From NCBI RefSeq assembly GCF_036321535.1, contig NC_087438.1, forward strand, positions 2,356,001 to 2,420,000: a stretch of 64,000 bases of DNA, given 5' to 3'. The number at the start of each line of letters is the position of its first letter. Position 1 is the first letter of the stretch. Below, piece by piece: positions 24,991-37,504 of the stretch. The DNA comes from Camelus dromedarius. Lineage: Eukaryota. The notes under the pieces are model-generated. The model did not search any database, was not told where the DNA came from, and worked only from the letters and a program-made list of their open reading frames with translations. Made by a program: the position numbers and the translations under genes.

Positions 24991-25029
24991 AGATGTCCAC
25001 GTCTCTGTCAGACGTTCCAAGACTTTAAC

Positions 25030-25220
25030 GTGTTCTCACGTGCCGTTGAGAGCTTTTCTTTTTGCCTATTTCCTGTTTACATTATGAGGAATTTCTCAAG
25101 TCTAGTTTTGGGTGAATATGGATTTATTCGTTTCTTTTCTTTTATTCTTACTTTTTGTATAAAAACTTTTACTAAATTATCTGATCTCTCTAACCATCTC
25201 TTGCAGAACTCTTCTGGATA

Positions 25221-25285
<65 letters not shown>

Positions 25286-25990
25286 TTTAACATTTGAACC
25301 TTCTCCGAGAATGTTTTCAAGATGCATCTTTCTGTATCAAATCCTCTAAGATTCTGTGCGTCTGAGGACGTTTTAAATCTGTTTTCACACTTAAACAAGA
25401 ATTTGACTGGACAGGTGATAACAGTTTGCAGGAACCCCCCCGTTAGTTTGGGAATATTAACTCATGTTCTTCTGCGTCCTGTGTTGCTGTGGGGAAATCT
25501 AACAACGTTCTTGTTGTTTCTTTGTAGCTGATTTGCCCTTTTTCTCTTGAAGCTACTTGATGCTTCCCCTTGTTTTGTTATTCCTACGACGTGTCTTAAA
25601 TGGGTTTGTTCCCTAGTCCCTTTGGTCCCTGCAAATACTTGCAACATAAGCTCTTTCGTCTCCATTTTGAACAATGTTCTCTGTGATGTTTTTTCCTCTA
25701 TTTCACGTGTTTATCTTTTCCTTCATGTTTCTACTTCCTTTGCGTCTTCTCCTGCCTCCTGGGGAGCTTCTCCGGCCAATCGTCTGCGTCGCCTGCCTGT
25801 CCTCTGCCCTCCTCGTGTACTGTGGTTTGTGCTTCAACCATTACATTTTTCATCATATAATATTCTGATATTTTCTGGTCCGGAGGCAAAATGCTCTAGT
25901 TTGAATCTAGTTCTCTCACTTCTTCCTTCCCTTCTCCCTTTCTCGTCTTTCTCTTGCTTCCCCCGGGCCTTCTGTTTCTAATGTCCCGTC
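25030..25990 (-). mobile_element. Ancient L1M fragment (ORF1-side)
   Basis: Pyrimidine-rich antisense-L1-like sequence. Boundaries approximate. Confidence 0.45.
25221..25283. repeat. (TAT)21 trinucleotide microsatellite
   Basis: Read directly from the sequence. Confidence 0.98.
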
Positions 25991-28900
25991 TGCAGTATCA
26001 GAGACTGACTCGTTCCTTCCCCGTCCTCCTGTGCCGCCTCAGGAGCAGGTGTCAGTCGTGTGTCCGCCCTTAGTGGACACGCTGTGCTGAGCTTGTGATC
26101 ACAACACGTGCAGCCTTGTTCCGTGGTTTTCATTATCGTATGTTAACATTTGACTTTCCTCCTCTTTATAATTTTGTAAAACAAATGGAAGGTTTAAGGA
26201 GCTGAGAAAATCAACAAAGACCGTGATGCTGTGAGTGCAGAGAAGAACACAGTCCCGTCGAGGTGTGTGTAAGAGATGGAACCAGAACCCGCCCACGTGT
26301 AGATGAACGGTGCGTCCGTCCCAGCCTTCCGCCCAGGTGCTGGTACAGGTAAAACCCCAAGAACAGGGCAACGCCTTTTGAATTCATTGTTTACAATGTA
26401 TCTAACCTTTCTTTTGTGACGGGAAAACATTTGATTGAAGTTCATAAAATTTTTTCAAATTCTGATCGTTTCTGGCCTCTCCATTGATCACACACTCACA
26501 ATACACTGTTTTGTCCATCATCGGAAGACTCCAACTGGAATGGAATCATGTCTGATCCAGACACTCTCACACCTGTTGGGAGAATCTTGCCAACTTTCAT
26601 GGTAAGTGTAGAACTGTTTCTAAAGAGCTTGGGAGGAAAAATTTCCATTTTGGAAAATGAGGGGTGAAGCTTGTCTCACTAAATTATGACATGTTGGAGT
26701 AAATTCTCTATCCTGCTGGTGGGGAGAGGTCTCGTGGCAGGCGGTGGTGAGATCTCAGAGAGCCTTCAGATCACATCTGTTCTGATTTTATTGGATGGAG
26801 CCCTTGTCATTTTAAAATTGGGGATATAAATAAGCACCCTTCAGGGAAAGGCGTCACAGCACACTCGCACACCTGTCCGTAACCGAGCTGAGCCTCATTT
26901 TTCTATCCGAGACATGAAGCAGGGTGAGTTCCTAACATGAGCAGGTGCTTCGACCCCCTCACCCTGACGGTGCCTCTCCACACACAGGTCAGTGCCCTGT
27001 CGCCCTGTGCACTGGCCCAGAGGGGACTGGACCCTCCATCCTGTCCTGCATTCCGCTTTCATCCTGAACTTCCAGATCCTTCAGACACTAGTGCCAACTC
27101 AAACTCACCTTACCAATCAATTACGCCTGTTACGATAAACAGACCTTGCACAAGGTAAGAACCCGTCGCGTCAGTTAGATGAGCGCTGTTCTGTAGTGTC
27201 TGCTACAGTCTGGGGAGCTGGAGCGGGTGAGAGCCAGCAATGAAACTGCAATTAACTTGGACGGAAACAAATCCGGAATCAATTCCATTCTTGAGAAGTT
27301 AAAACTGAGGTCTGATAAGCACACTTAGAATGGCTTATTAAAATATGGAAGACATTTCTTCTTATCCTTATGTTTTTTAATAGCATTGTTGGGGTTGAGA
27401 ACCTCTTGTCTTGCTGCAGAAAGACTTCAGAGAGAAGGCGTGGAGGCTGAGAAAGCAAAGCGAGGACTTACTGAGGGACAGGCAGTACGCCCTCAAGGGA
27501 AGAGCGGGCAGACCCAGGTTTCCTTGGCAAGCTTGTTAAGTGAGTGTAAAAGTGAACGGGCAGAGTATTCATTGGTGGGAGGGGCTTGGGGTTCTCTTTC
27601 CTGATCTTCATTCCAGCCCCACCTTCCCAGGGGGCGAGGAGGGACTTCCCCACCTTATTACATTCCGATGGGGGTATCATAAGCAAAAGGTTACAGTTGG
27701 ATGGAGGTCATAATGACAGACAGGTTGCATTAGGATGGTGGGGATTCCTGTCCTGTCCCACCCCTCTGCCTCCAGGACACTTGTCAGCCCAGCAGCTAGG
27801 GGTTCACAGCGGTAAGGTCTGCCACCGGGTTACAGTCCCCCGCGAGCCATCCGCACACACAGACTCTGCAGCCCGGCTCTGCACCTCCAGCCGTGCTCTG
27901 TGCCTCCTGTGCTCAGACACGGCGTGTAACTCGTCACGCGCTTTCGTCTTGTGCCCGACTTGGAAAACTGGGACAAGTTTCGTTTCTGATGGGGTCTTTC
28001 TGCCCTTGGAGTGGCCGGATACCCTGTAAGAGCCTTTTCAGTTGGTCTCCGCTTTTGACTTGTTTTTCCTTTGTGATTCCAAAGCCAGGTTTGTGAGGAG
28101 CACTGACTCAGAGATTCCAGGCTTGGGTTAGCCTTGGACACACGCAAATGGCTTAGATGCTGAAATATTCAAATGAAGTCCACAGGAGCGTGACTGTAGC
28201 CTGGTGGCAGAGGCACCTGTAGTATCTCGGATCTGCAAAGCTCACGCCTTGAGAACTGTCATTAAGCCTGGAACACACAGCCAGCCAGCACAGCTTCTCT
28301 GTTACATATTTATGGCGCACAGCAAACCTCTGCTTTGCTTTCAGAGCTGGTGTGAGGATGGAAGTCCACACAGACGGAGTGAATCCGTGCCAAGGCAGTG
28401 GGTCAGGCGCAACGAACCTCACAAAATCAGAAAAATGTGGGATGTCCCGGAAGCTTTGGTTCCAGGCCCCTCCTGCTCTTCCTCATCAGCTTAAAGAGAT
28501 TTCTAAAATCAGGTGGCCCACACGGAGCGAACTTTATTGCTGATACAACCGTGACCTTGCGAGGTAATTAACAAGCTTCATGCATGTCCAAAGGCGGGTG
28601 CAGAGGTGGTCTGTAATCTTTCAAGCATTGAAATATCTCTTTTTCCTTAAAGGAAATTTTAATGAAAGGTGCCATTAAAATGGAAGCCTTTTGTCCAGCC
28701 TCAGAATGCCTCAGTGTGGGGTCTCTCCTGACACATTTACACGCTGCCCCGCGGAGAGTGCGCCCTGGAGGTTCCATAGCCAAAAGCTTGTGTTCCTTTG
28801 TCCCTTCCATTCTCCGCAGGGGCTCAGGACAAGAGCCCAGGAAGCCCTTTGGGGTGGAAGCCCTGCCTCCCGGGAATGGAGCCCAAACCACAAAATCATT

Positions 28901-29764
28901 TCCTGGGGGTGGTCAGGCAGGTGGAGGTGTGACCAGTGTCAGTGTGGAGGCCCTGCCTGGAAGGACGCTCTGATGGTCCCTGACCGCAAGGGCCACGTTC
29001 CTCCCCTTCACTGCTCCATTCAGCGCTTTCTGCAGACACAGAAAGGCTGTCCACTAGCTTCACTGATCAGGAAGGGAGGTGGGCAGCGTGCGTCACCAGA
29101 GGAACCTACTCACGTGATTCAAACACGGGCGTGAGACCCCCCTGCATTTGCAAACCACTCTCCATTTGGTGAGCATTTGCTGTGGGTCTTAGGTTTTAAG
29201 AACCCAAATTATATCTCTTCCTGATTCGGTAAATTAGGTATTTGATGGTTTGCACATTTATTTCTACATCACTTGATTCTACGTTTTAAAATGCCTTATG
29301 CCATGAATTGTGGCTCTTCCATCCTGAGTCAGACTCTCCTTTAGGGTGAATCTATTTGCTCCCACTGAATAGAAGTATTACTTGAGTGCGCTCTGGGCCG
29401 TAAGTGGGGAGAAAATGGAACAGCCTTCCAGCCCCCGAAGTATAAATCGCACACTCACATGGACACTTTTGTTCGCTTTAAAAAATTCTCCCCGTAAAGC
29501 CAGTACTGCCTGCCCAGGAGGCAGGCCCTGTGCTAGGAGCCTCAGCTCGCAGGGAGTGCCAGGCTAGGCCCAGGGACCCGCTAGGCGAGGCCGCCGGGCT
29601 GTCCCCCAGGTGGGCAGATGTGAGCAGACATGCAGACTGATGCCGTGGCGGCTCCAATGGGCAGGAATGAGGCTCTGCAGGCAGCCAGCCTGCTCTCCCC
29701 TCAGGGTTCATCCCTGGCCTCCGGACGTTTGTGCCAGGGCTCCGCAGGGTCCCGGTGAAGCGCT

Positions 29765-29960
29765 GAGATGCTGAGACAGACTGTCTGGGCTTGAATTCCT
29801 GATCTTTGACCCAGTAGTTGTGTGAGCTCCCTGTGCCTCAGTTTCTTTATCCGTAGAATGGGGATGCCTCCCACACAGGCTAGCCCTTTGAGGACTGTCT
29901 GGAGCCTAGAGGCTGTCATGTCAGTGTTTGACAGAAGAACCAGAACATAACTAAGCACAG
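29765..29960 (+). mobile_element. MIR SINE
   Basis: AGACTGTCTGGGCTTGAATTCC...CTGTGCCTCAGTTTCTTTATCCGTAGAATGGGGAT matches the MIR core. Confidence 0.85.
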
Positions 29961-30324
29961 GGCTTTCGTCCACGGAGCCCTGTTGCAGTGCGCCTCGGTC
30001 AGCGGACAGAACAGGTAGCCATTCAGGTTTGGAGCCACCCCAGGATTTCCAGAAAGCAGCCCTGGGGTATCAATTCCAGGCTCAACAAACCCTCCCTTGG
30101 GCAAACCTGCCCCAGGAGGGGGTCTCTCCCCCCCGACCCGCACGTCTCCATGGCTCCGGGAAGCCTGAAGCCCTGCTCCTTCCTCACCTGTTCCTCATGC
30201 TGTCTCTTCCTTCTCCAACCTCCAGGCACCATGGTTTTTAAATCGATGTGAGTCCCTGTGACTGTTTCTTGTGGAATGACAGGCCTCCAGGGTAGGCGTC
30301 TGTGATGCGCGGATGTCTCGTTTG

Positions 30325-30362
30325 GGTCACAGGTGTCCATCTTGGTCACGGGTGTCCATCTT
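30325..30362. repeat. Two-copy 19-bp tandem duplication
   Basis: GGTCAC(A/G)GGTGTCCATCTT occurs twice in tandem. Confidence 0.9.
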
Positions 30363-30603
30363 AGTCTCGTCACCTGCTGAGACACAGGTGTTAGAATCCG
30401 GGGACTCTTGAGGACAAGGTGGGCTTTGGACTTACCAAGTCGATCAATTTCCAGTGGTCCAGGATGAACTCAGATTCCTTCTGGATGCTCTGGAACATTG
30501 CCCCTGACCTGGACCCAGGGCAGAGGGGCTGGAACACAAGGAATCCCCTGAGCCTACGTTGAAGGCAGGCTCAGGCTGTGAGGTCATCCAATTTGCGGTG
30601 GAA

Positions 30604-30629
30604 GACAACACAACACAACACAACACAAC
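30604..30629. repeat. (ACACA)n pentanucleotide repeat
   Basis: Read directly from the sequence. Confidence 0.9.
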
Positions 30630-31693
30630 GTAACATAAAAGCTTGGTTAAGAGCTTGGCCCCCCGGGTTTACACTGGGCGGGACCTCCTTAGGGTCTCCT
30701 GTGAGTGACGCCGTGCCTGGGTGGGGGGTGAGCTGCCCCCCTTGGGGCGTCTTGATAGTGACGTGGACCTGCCATTGAAGCCGCCGCCTCCCCGCCACAT
30801 TCCTGAGCCCGGGACACTAAATCCGCTCGGGGCTGGCGGAGGGTGCGTTTGACTCTCTACTGTCCCGCGGGCTGTGGAGAGCATCACAGGTCGGCTGCGT
30901 GTTCAAGGTCGAGGAAGGCTGAGAGGAAGCCTTCACGCTGCAGGGCGCTTCCTCTCTCCTCCGTGGTGTTTTGTGGGCTTAAGACTAAGTGGAGGTGGGG
31001 TTTCTGGGGAGGACTCTGTCTGTGGCTGGTGTAAAGTAGGGAGGTCCCATCAGACCACTGGAGTGTCCGGGAGAACACATTCAAGCCGCCGGCCTCACGA
31101 AAGACGTCTGCAGTGGGAGCGGGGCTGAGGCCGAACTACACGCCACGCTTTCTGCCTTGAGGAGCTAATTGGAACCATGTCTCCAGAAAAGGGATTCAGG
31201 GTGGGAGGAATCAGAGAACACCTCTCGCAAGACGCTGGGGGAGGCAGAATGCCCCCCCTCCCAAAACCTAGGGCGGGAGACGGAGGTCCAGACCTTCCCA
31301 GGTGGGGCCCCCGGCACGGAACTGGCCCGTGGCCGCCCTGCTGGCTCGGGGAGCCGCTCCGCCTCCCTCTGCCCCAGCGGCTCAGGCCGCGTCCTGTGAG
31401 CCGGGCCCTGACCCTCCCGGCAGGGGCGTGAGGAGAGGGCTCTGCCGCCTCTCTGCTCTTGGGCTTGTGGTTCTCAGGTGAACAGAAGTAGGAGGCGAGG
31501 GAAACACATTTCCAAAGACATCTCCACATCAGCCTTCTGCTCTTAGTTCCGAGTGAGTTGTCCGTCTGCCACTTCACTTGTAAGAGCCTTAATTTAAACT
31601 TTTGAATTTCTAATTCAACACAGCACAATGTGTTTATTTGATATGGAGGGTTCATATGTAGTTTTGAGTCCTTTAAAAAATGTTTATGTTAAG

Positions 31694-31778
31694 TTTCTTT
31701 TTTGTTATGGAGGCACGGGGATTGGACCCAGGACCCGTGCGTGCTAGGCGTGCGCCCCGTCACTGAGCCACACCCTCA
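31694..31778 (-). mobile_element. vic-1-like SINE (short tail)
   Basis: The reverse complement aligns to the 8826-8898 head. T-rich tail on the left. Confidence 0.85.
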
Positions 31779-34188
31779 CGCTGAGCCAGTTTTCAAGGCA
31801 TCAGTACTTACATGGTTCAAGCAGCACTATCTTTCAATGTAACGCTTTGGGGCAAAGTTTGAGGGCATAACTGATCTGCACCCACAGGACAGAGGGCATG
31901 GGGTTCAAGGGGCCTCTTTAAAGTTGGGGAAGAACTAAGGTAGTTACTTTGAAAGAACTTAAACAAGTAGAGGGAAAATAGGAGAAGCAGCAATCACGTG
32001 CAAGGAAGGACACGGCCGTGGATCCGGGCCTGGGAGGGACAATGAGACAGACCAGAACCCGCCCTGTGTGCTGCGTGGACCGGGCGGGCCCCAGGGCTCC
32101 TTGAGAGGCAGCCTGAGATGCTGAAAGTCACAGAACTGGGGATGTCCGCACGGGGGGGCACGACCTCAGATGTGGGGAGCTGGCATGAAGGCTGCCTTGT
32201 GAATGCACAGCAGTGTATTTTAGAACAACTTAAAAAAAATCAAGTTTACAGAATTCGCCAGTTCGATTACCACATCCGTTAACAGACGAGGCTCTGAATG
32301 GCTCCCCAAATCCAAATGCATCTTCCTACAATGGAGTCTGCAAACCCCCGAGGTAATTTATATCACTTAATCTCATCCAAGCCCAGCCTTTTCATCTGTA
32401 AAAATATAATAACAACACGAACTTACCACCAAATGGAAACAAACAAACAGGCGGAAAACAAATGACAATTCTCCAGGATTGGGTAAATAAATTGCGATTA
32501 CATTGTGCTTTTTACACTGTCTGGCATGGGGCAGGCACTCTACAAATGTTTACTTTCTTTGGATATGCGGCAGGCTCTGGGGACGAGTCTAAATTACAAA
32601 TTCTAAGAATGTTTGGAACAACACCCAGTGCTAATGGAAAGCGGATGCCGTGTGGTCTCCAGGTAAATAATGACAGCAGCCCCTAGCTTGTCCACAGACG
32701 TTCTCATCCAGCTGTGTGTTTCATCCGTTACACACGTACGTGTACCAAAGTGCAGTTTCTGAAGGGGCCACACAAGCCACATTAAATTAGTTAAATTAAT
32801 TAAATGAATCGCATTAAAAAGTTTGCAATTAAAAAACTAAACAGTTGATGCAAGCAATTCAAAATTCAAAAGATGGAAAAAATATATCGGCTTTTGCTTT
32901 AACTTACCTTAAACATTACTCATCTTTGTACCATCAAAGTGACTACTAGCTAATTTTTTGATTGTGGAGATACATATAGACAAACACACATTTACTCATG
33001 CATTTATAATGAGAATGAAAATCAAATATGCTAACTTTTAAAGGTTGAGTTGAGACATACTTTGCATAAAGCTAAAATGTCTTTTAAAAGAAGACAGATG
33101 TCTCCCCGAAATAGCTTATGAGATGAAAAAATAAGCACGCCCAGTATTACAGCATTTCATCAAGAGCAACACATACCACAGGTGACTTATTTTTCAGGGG
33201 TAAAAAAGCTCTTTTGGGGTTGTTTTTGTAACTGCGTGACGCCTCCCTCCACTCACCACTGGGTCGCCTTTCTCGATCACACGCTCCCATGAGGTTCTGA
33301 CATTGCGGGGCTGAACTTCAACACGAGGGTCCCTGGCATCGCCAGCCTGTAACTGGCCGCCGTCAGAGGGCAGGGCACACTCAGACGTCATGCTGAGTTT
33401 TCACCACCTCCCATAGTTCTGCTCCTTGAAACAATGTTCTCCTAACAGTTCTTCCCTTCTTAGAGATTTGCCAGGCTGTAGTCTATTAAGATTTCACTCA
33501 TAATATTTTTAACTTTTTCCATAAAGATATACAATAAACATGAGCCGTCTCGGGAGCAGGGCTGTCAGGGAGCCGACGGCTCAGCGAATCTGCTGAGAAC
33601 ACGCGCACTCTGGGTGGAGATGAATGGGCCTGTTTCCACCTGGTTTATCGTTGCCTTTAACCTGCAGTGTAATAGCGACTGTTAGGATTTTAATAATACG
33701 GATTGAAAGGCTATTTGCTTCGGATTTGATGAAGTATTAACGTTGCTTCTGAAATACGTTATAAACGTTGTGTGCGTGTGTCGCCGGGAATTACACGGAG
33801 GGGAGCTGAGACTCAGTGGTTCCATTCTCACTTCAGAGAGCTATTACCCTATGTCATGGAAACACTTTAAATTTATGTTTTAAAAGCTGTAAAGTCTTCT
33901 ACTTAAAGACGTTATTAATTTTTAAAGTTCTGTTTCAGAATAGGCATCTATTTGTAACCAGAAGTACTGTAAAAGAAATAAATTTGTAGCTGAATTAGAG
34001 CAGTTTCTGAAGGAAGCAGCGGGCGATTACTTGGAGGAAAGACTGTGTTTTTCTGAGTAGACCTTTGTCTGCAGCTCCGTCGGAGGCGGCCACAGGAGGC
34101 ATTTTCACTCCTGGCCTCTCAGAACTGATCAGGAATAATTTATTGCCGATGAAAAGAAAATACTGAGAGTTCGGAAAGCAGAAGATGG

Positions 34189-34540
34189 TGATATGGGCTG
34201 AACGTGTCCCCGGCTCCAGATCCCCACACTGCAGACACTGAAGTCCTAATCGCACCATCTCGGAACACGACCGCACTTAGAAACAGGATCTTTGAGGAGG
34301 TCGTGAAGGTGGACGTGAGGGCGTGTGGGTGGGCCCTGGTCCAATCTGACGGGTGTCCTTGTAAGAAGAGGACAGGATACAGGCATTCACGGGGGACGAC
34401 CATGCGGGGACGCAGGGAGAGGTCCGCTGTCTCAGAAGGCAGCCCCCTCCTGGCCCCTCGATCTTGAGCTTCAGGCCCCCAGAGCTGTGAGAGGATAAAC
34501 CTCTGCAGTGCGGGCCGCCCTGGGAGCCCAGCCCAGCGGG
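34189..34540 (+). mobile_element. MaLR LTR (MLT1 family)
   Basis: TGATATGGGCTGAACGTGTCCCC start, with GTGTCCTTGTAAGAAGAG and GATCTTGAGCTTCAG...CAGAGCTGTGAGA internal motifs. Confidence 0.8.
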
Positions 34541-36186
34541 CTGTCTGTGGGGGCTGCAGGGCCCTTGGAGACAGGTACCAACTTCCCAAACCACCGGGAC
34601 ATGCTGTTTGTGTGAGCAGGACAGCTTATAAAATAGCACATAAATCAAGGTGAGAAAACCGAAAGCCATTCATCCAGTCGTTCATTTCCTTGCTGGTGGC
34701 AGGCACGGTGCTGGTGTGGGACAGGACGAGGTCACACTGTCACTCTCATCTGTGCCTGCTGTCCAGTGGGGAGAGCGGACCCCTGAGCACCCAGGTCCCC
34801 GCAGAGTGACCAGGGCTGTGATCAGAATGCAGTACGCGCTCCTTCCTCCCTGGAAGATCCTTGGTAGTGAGCCGTCCTCCGCGCACCACCTTGGGACACA
34901 CCTAGCGGATCTCCTGTGCTCCGGGCACAGTCCCCTTCCATCCTCCCGCTGGGCTGAGTGGGGTGCTTCCTCACCCATGGTGCACCTTCCAGCTTCCTCC
35001 CAGCGCCCCCTCAGGAGGACCCCCTTTGCACTTCGGCTCCGTATGAATGCTTTCCACAAAAGGACGGCTTCTTTAGGAACACCTAGACCTCATGTTTCTT
35101 TCTTGCCATGATTTTGGATTGGCAGGAACCAGTTTAAAAAAAGAAAACAAAAAATGAAGTTTACACACTCGCTACCGGGAAAGAGCACAGTTTCAAAACA
35201 ATGTGAAGCAAATCCTTTTATCTCACAGTTGAGCGTGGATTCCTGAAGCCACAAAAGCCTCAGAGAGGAGGCCTCCTTGTGACTGTCATCCAGGGGCTCT
35301 TGTGTTAGGCTGTGCAAAGGGAGGGCACCGTTCCAAGCAGCCAGCTCTCCTGTGCATGGGGGGCGTGGGGGGCCTGCACTTTGAACTCGTTGGCCCTTTT
35401 CTGAGAGCGAATGGGTGGGATTCACTGTGCTTGAAGGTGTAGCAACTGTACCATAATTTGCTTCTAAGGAGTAACACGAAGGTGTGCTGGAAATTTTCTG
35501 ATGAAAACATCTTCTTATTAGAAACATCCCTGCCAAAGGAAACCATGAAGAATTCCAGCCTCCTGGACAAGGAGGGGCCACTCAGGACGACCCAGGAGAC
35601 AGGCGGAAGTGCCCCACAGAGGTGACCGCGGTCATTCAGGGAACAGCCCCTTTGCACACTGTCCTTACTCTCTTCCAGTCCCCCAGCTGGTATTTGCTTC
35701 CAGAAATAGGTAATAAATTCCTTGATGAATATTAAAATAATGATGCATTTTAATGTGCTAGAACCAAGAGCAATGGAAAATTTGTCTCTAGCAGGGAGAG
35801 GAAGAAAGATGGGGATTACTGACTCATAATAGCAAAAGCTTAATGGATAAAATGACCTCAAACAGCCTTAGTTTTTTAAAGAAGTTGTTTCTGAGAGTAA
35901 TTTCTAACATCAGAATTATTGTGACTCGTGTCTTCATGCCCACCTAGCTTATTATTCTGGAAAAAAAAATGGTCTAAGAATATTCTGATTCTACACTCTT
36001 GAGCTCAGAGCAGAGTGCAGTAACAGCGAGGCTGTGTTTTCTGTGCAAGGGGTTCGCCCTCTGGGTTTTCCGTGCAGACCGTCTTGCCCGCTCCTGGTTG
36101 TTTGGCTTTCTCACCCTCAGCGCACCTTTTAATCAAATGGTCGTTGATTCTTTAAGTAGTTCAAAGGGCAAAGGCAAGGACATATC

Positions 36187-36335
36187 TTTTTTTTTTTAAT
36201 TGTTATTATTAATTTTGCAGGGGGAGGTAATTGCATTTACTTATTTAATTGGTTTTTAATGGAGGGAATAGGGATGGAGCCCAGGACCTCGTGCGTGCTG
36301 AGCACGTGCTCTACCACTGGCGCGACAGCCTCCCC
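36187..36335 (-). mobile_element. vic-1-like SINE (long tail)
   Basis: CCCAGGACCTCGTGCGTGCTGAGCACGTGCTCTACCACTG head, plus the GGGGGAGGTAATT tail element shared with the 8823 copy. Confidence 0.9.
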
Positions 36336-37504
36336 AGGACGCCTCTTTACTTGGCTGTTTTCTCATGATAGACTTGCTCATTGGCCAACAGCGTCGGGAC
36401 CAGAGGGCATCACTGTGGATGTGTGAGCGAAGCAAGTATTACCTGTAGGCTTAACTCGTGCCTCCTAAGTTTGGTTGTTCCTGACGTCATTTTCTCCCAC
36501 AACCGTCTCTCTGTAAACGCAGGGGTCTGCGAACATGAGCGATCTCTGTGGGTTGTCGCGGGCCGCACACCAACCCCCGGCTTTGCACCGTTGGTGAGTT
36601 TTCCTGGACTAGAAAGCGACTTCCGTGGATGGAAGCCGTCAGCCCCGACCGTGGCTGTGTCTGCACCACGGGTTTCCGTGATTTGATTTGATTTTCTCAG
36701 TGGCTGCTTGTATCATGTGTGAAATCACTCTGCTCACCCCTGGGGTCTGCACAGCGCGAGGGCAGCTGCCTGCCTGGCTAGGTCATCGGTGAGGCGGTAC
36801 GTCGCCATCAGAGGATCGGGGTCGCTGGGGACAGTGACCTGTAGCTCTACCTGTGCGCCCAGCGGATTTCTGGCGGTGGTGCCCGGCGTTTATTACATCA
36901 GAAAGGCAGGCATCTGTCCCCACTTAAATGTCGCATTTTTGGTTGTTTAGCACAAAGATTGCCCCGCTGCCAGGCCCTCCAAACAGAACATGAGAGGCGC
37001 CGGCTCAGACGCTCTGAACCTTTTGTTTTTTGACTGTCACAATTCCTTACGGGGGAGTTGAGTCTGGCAGTTATAATGAAATGAGGAAAAATGAGCGCGT
37101 AGGGAGTTCCAGAAGGGAGGCCAAAGTGATACAAGATTTGAACATAAATCCCCCCGAGAGAAGCTTGAACGTATTTTGCTTTGAAAGAAAAAATGTGTCT
37201 GAGGATGGACTTGATAATTGTGGCTGGGTCTGCGTAACAGACTTCAGATGGTTGAGGTTTGGGGACACAACAGTGATATTGCCTATTTAGTGATGTTTTC
37301 AACCACTGAACGTTTGGTGTAGGCTTAAACCAAACCGGAGTCTCCACCCACCCCGAGCTTGGTGTCTCCTGTGTCACTGCGCCAGTCCCAGCCCTCCCGG
37401 GGGGAGCGCTCGTAAAATTAGGGCGACCTAGACTGGCTTCTCTTTAATTTTTCCTCTTTCAGCTAAAAACACTCATGGTTTCTTTTTGAAAATTCTTGGC
37501 TACA

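Noticed and set aside
33944-34060. Helical-looking peptide NKFVAELEQFLKEAAGDYLEERL on the + strand
   Set aside because: Bounded by stops, with no ATG and no good donor site. No family recognised.
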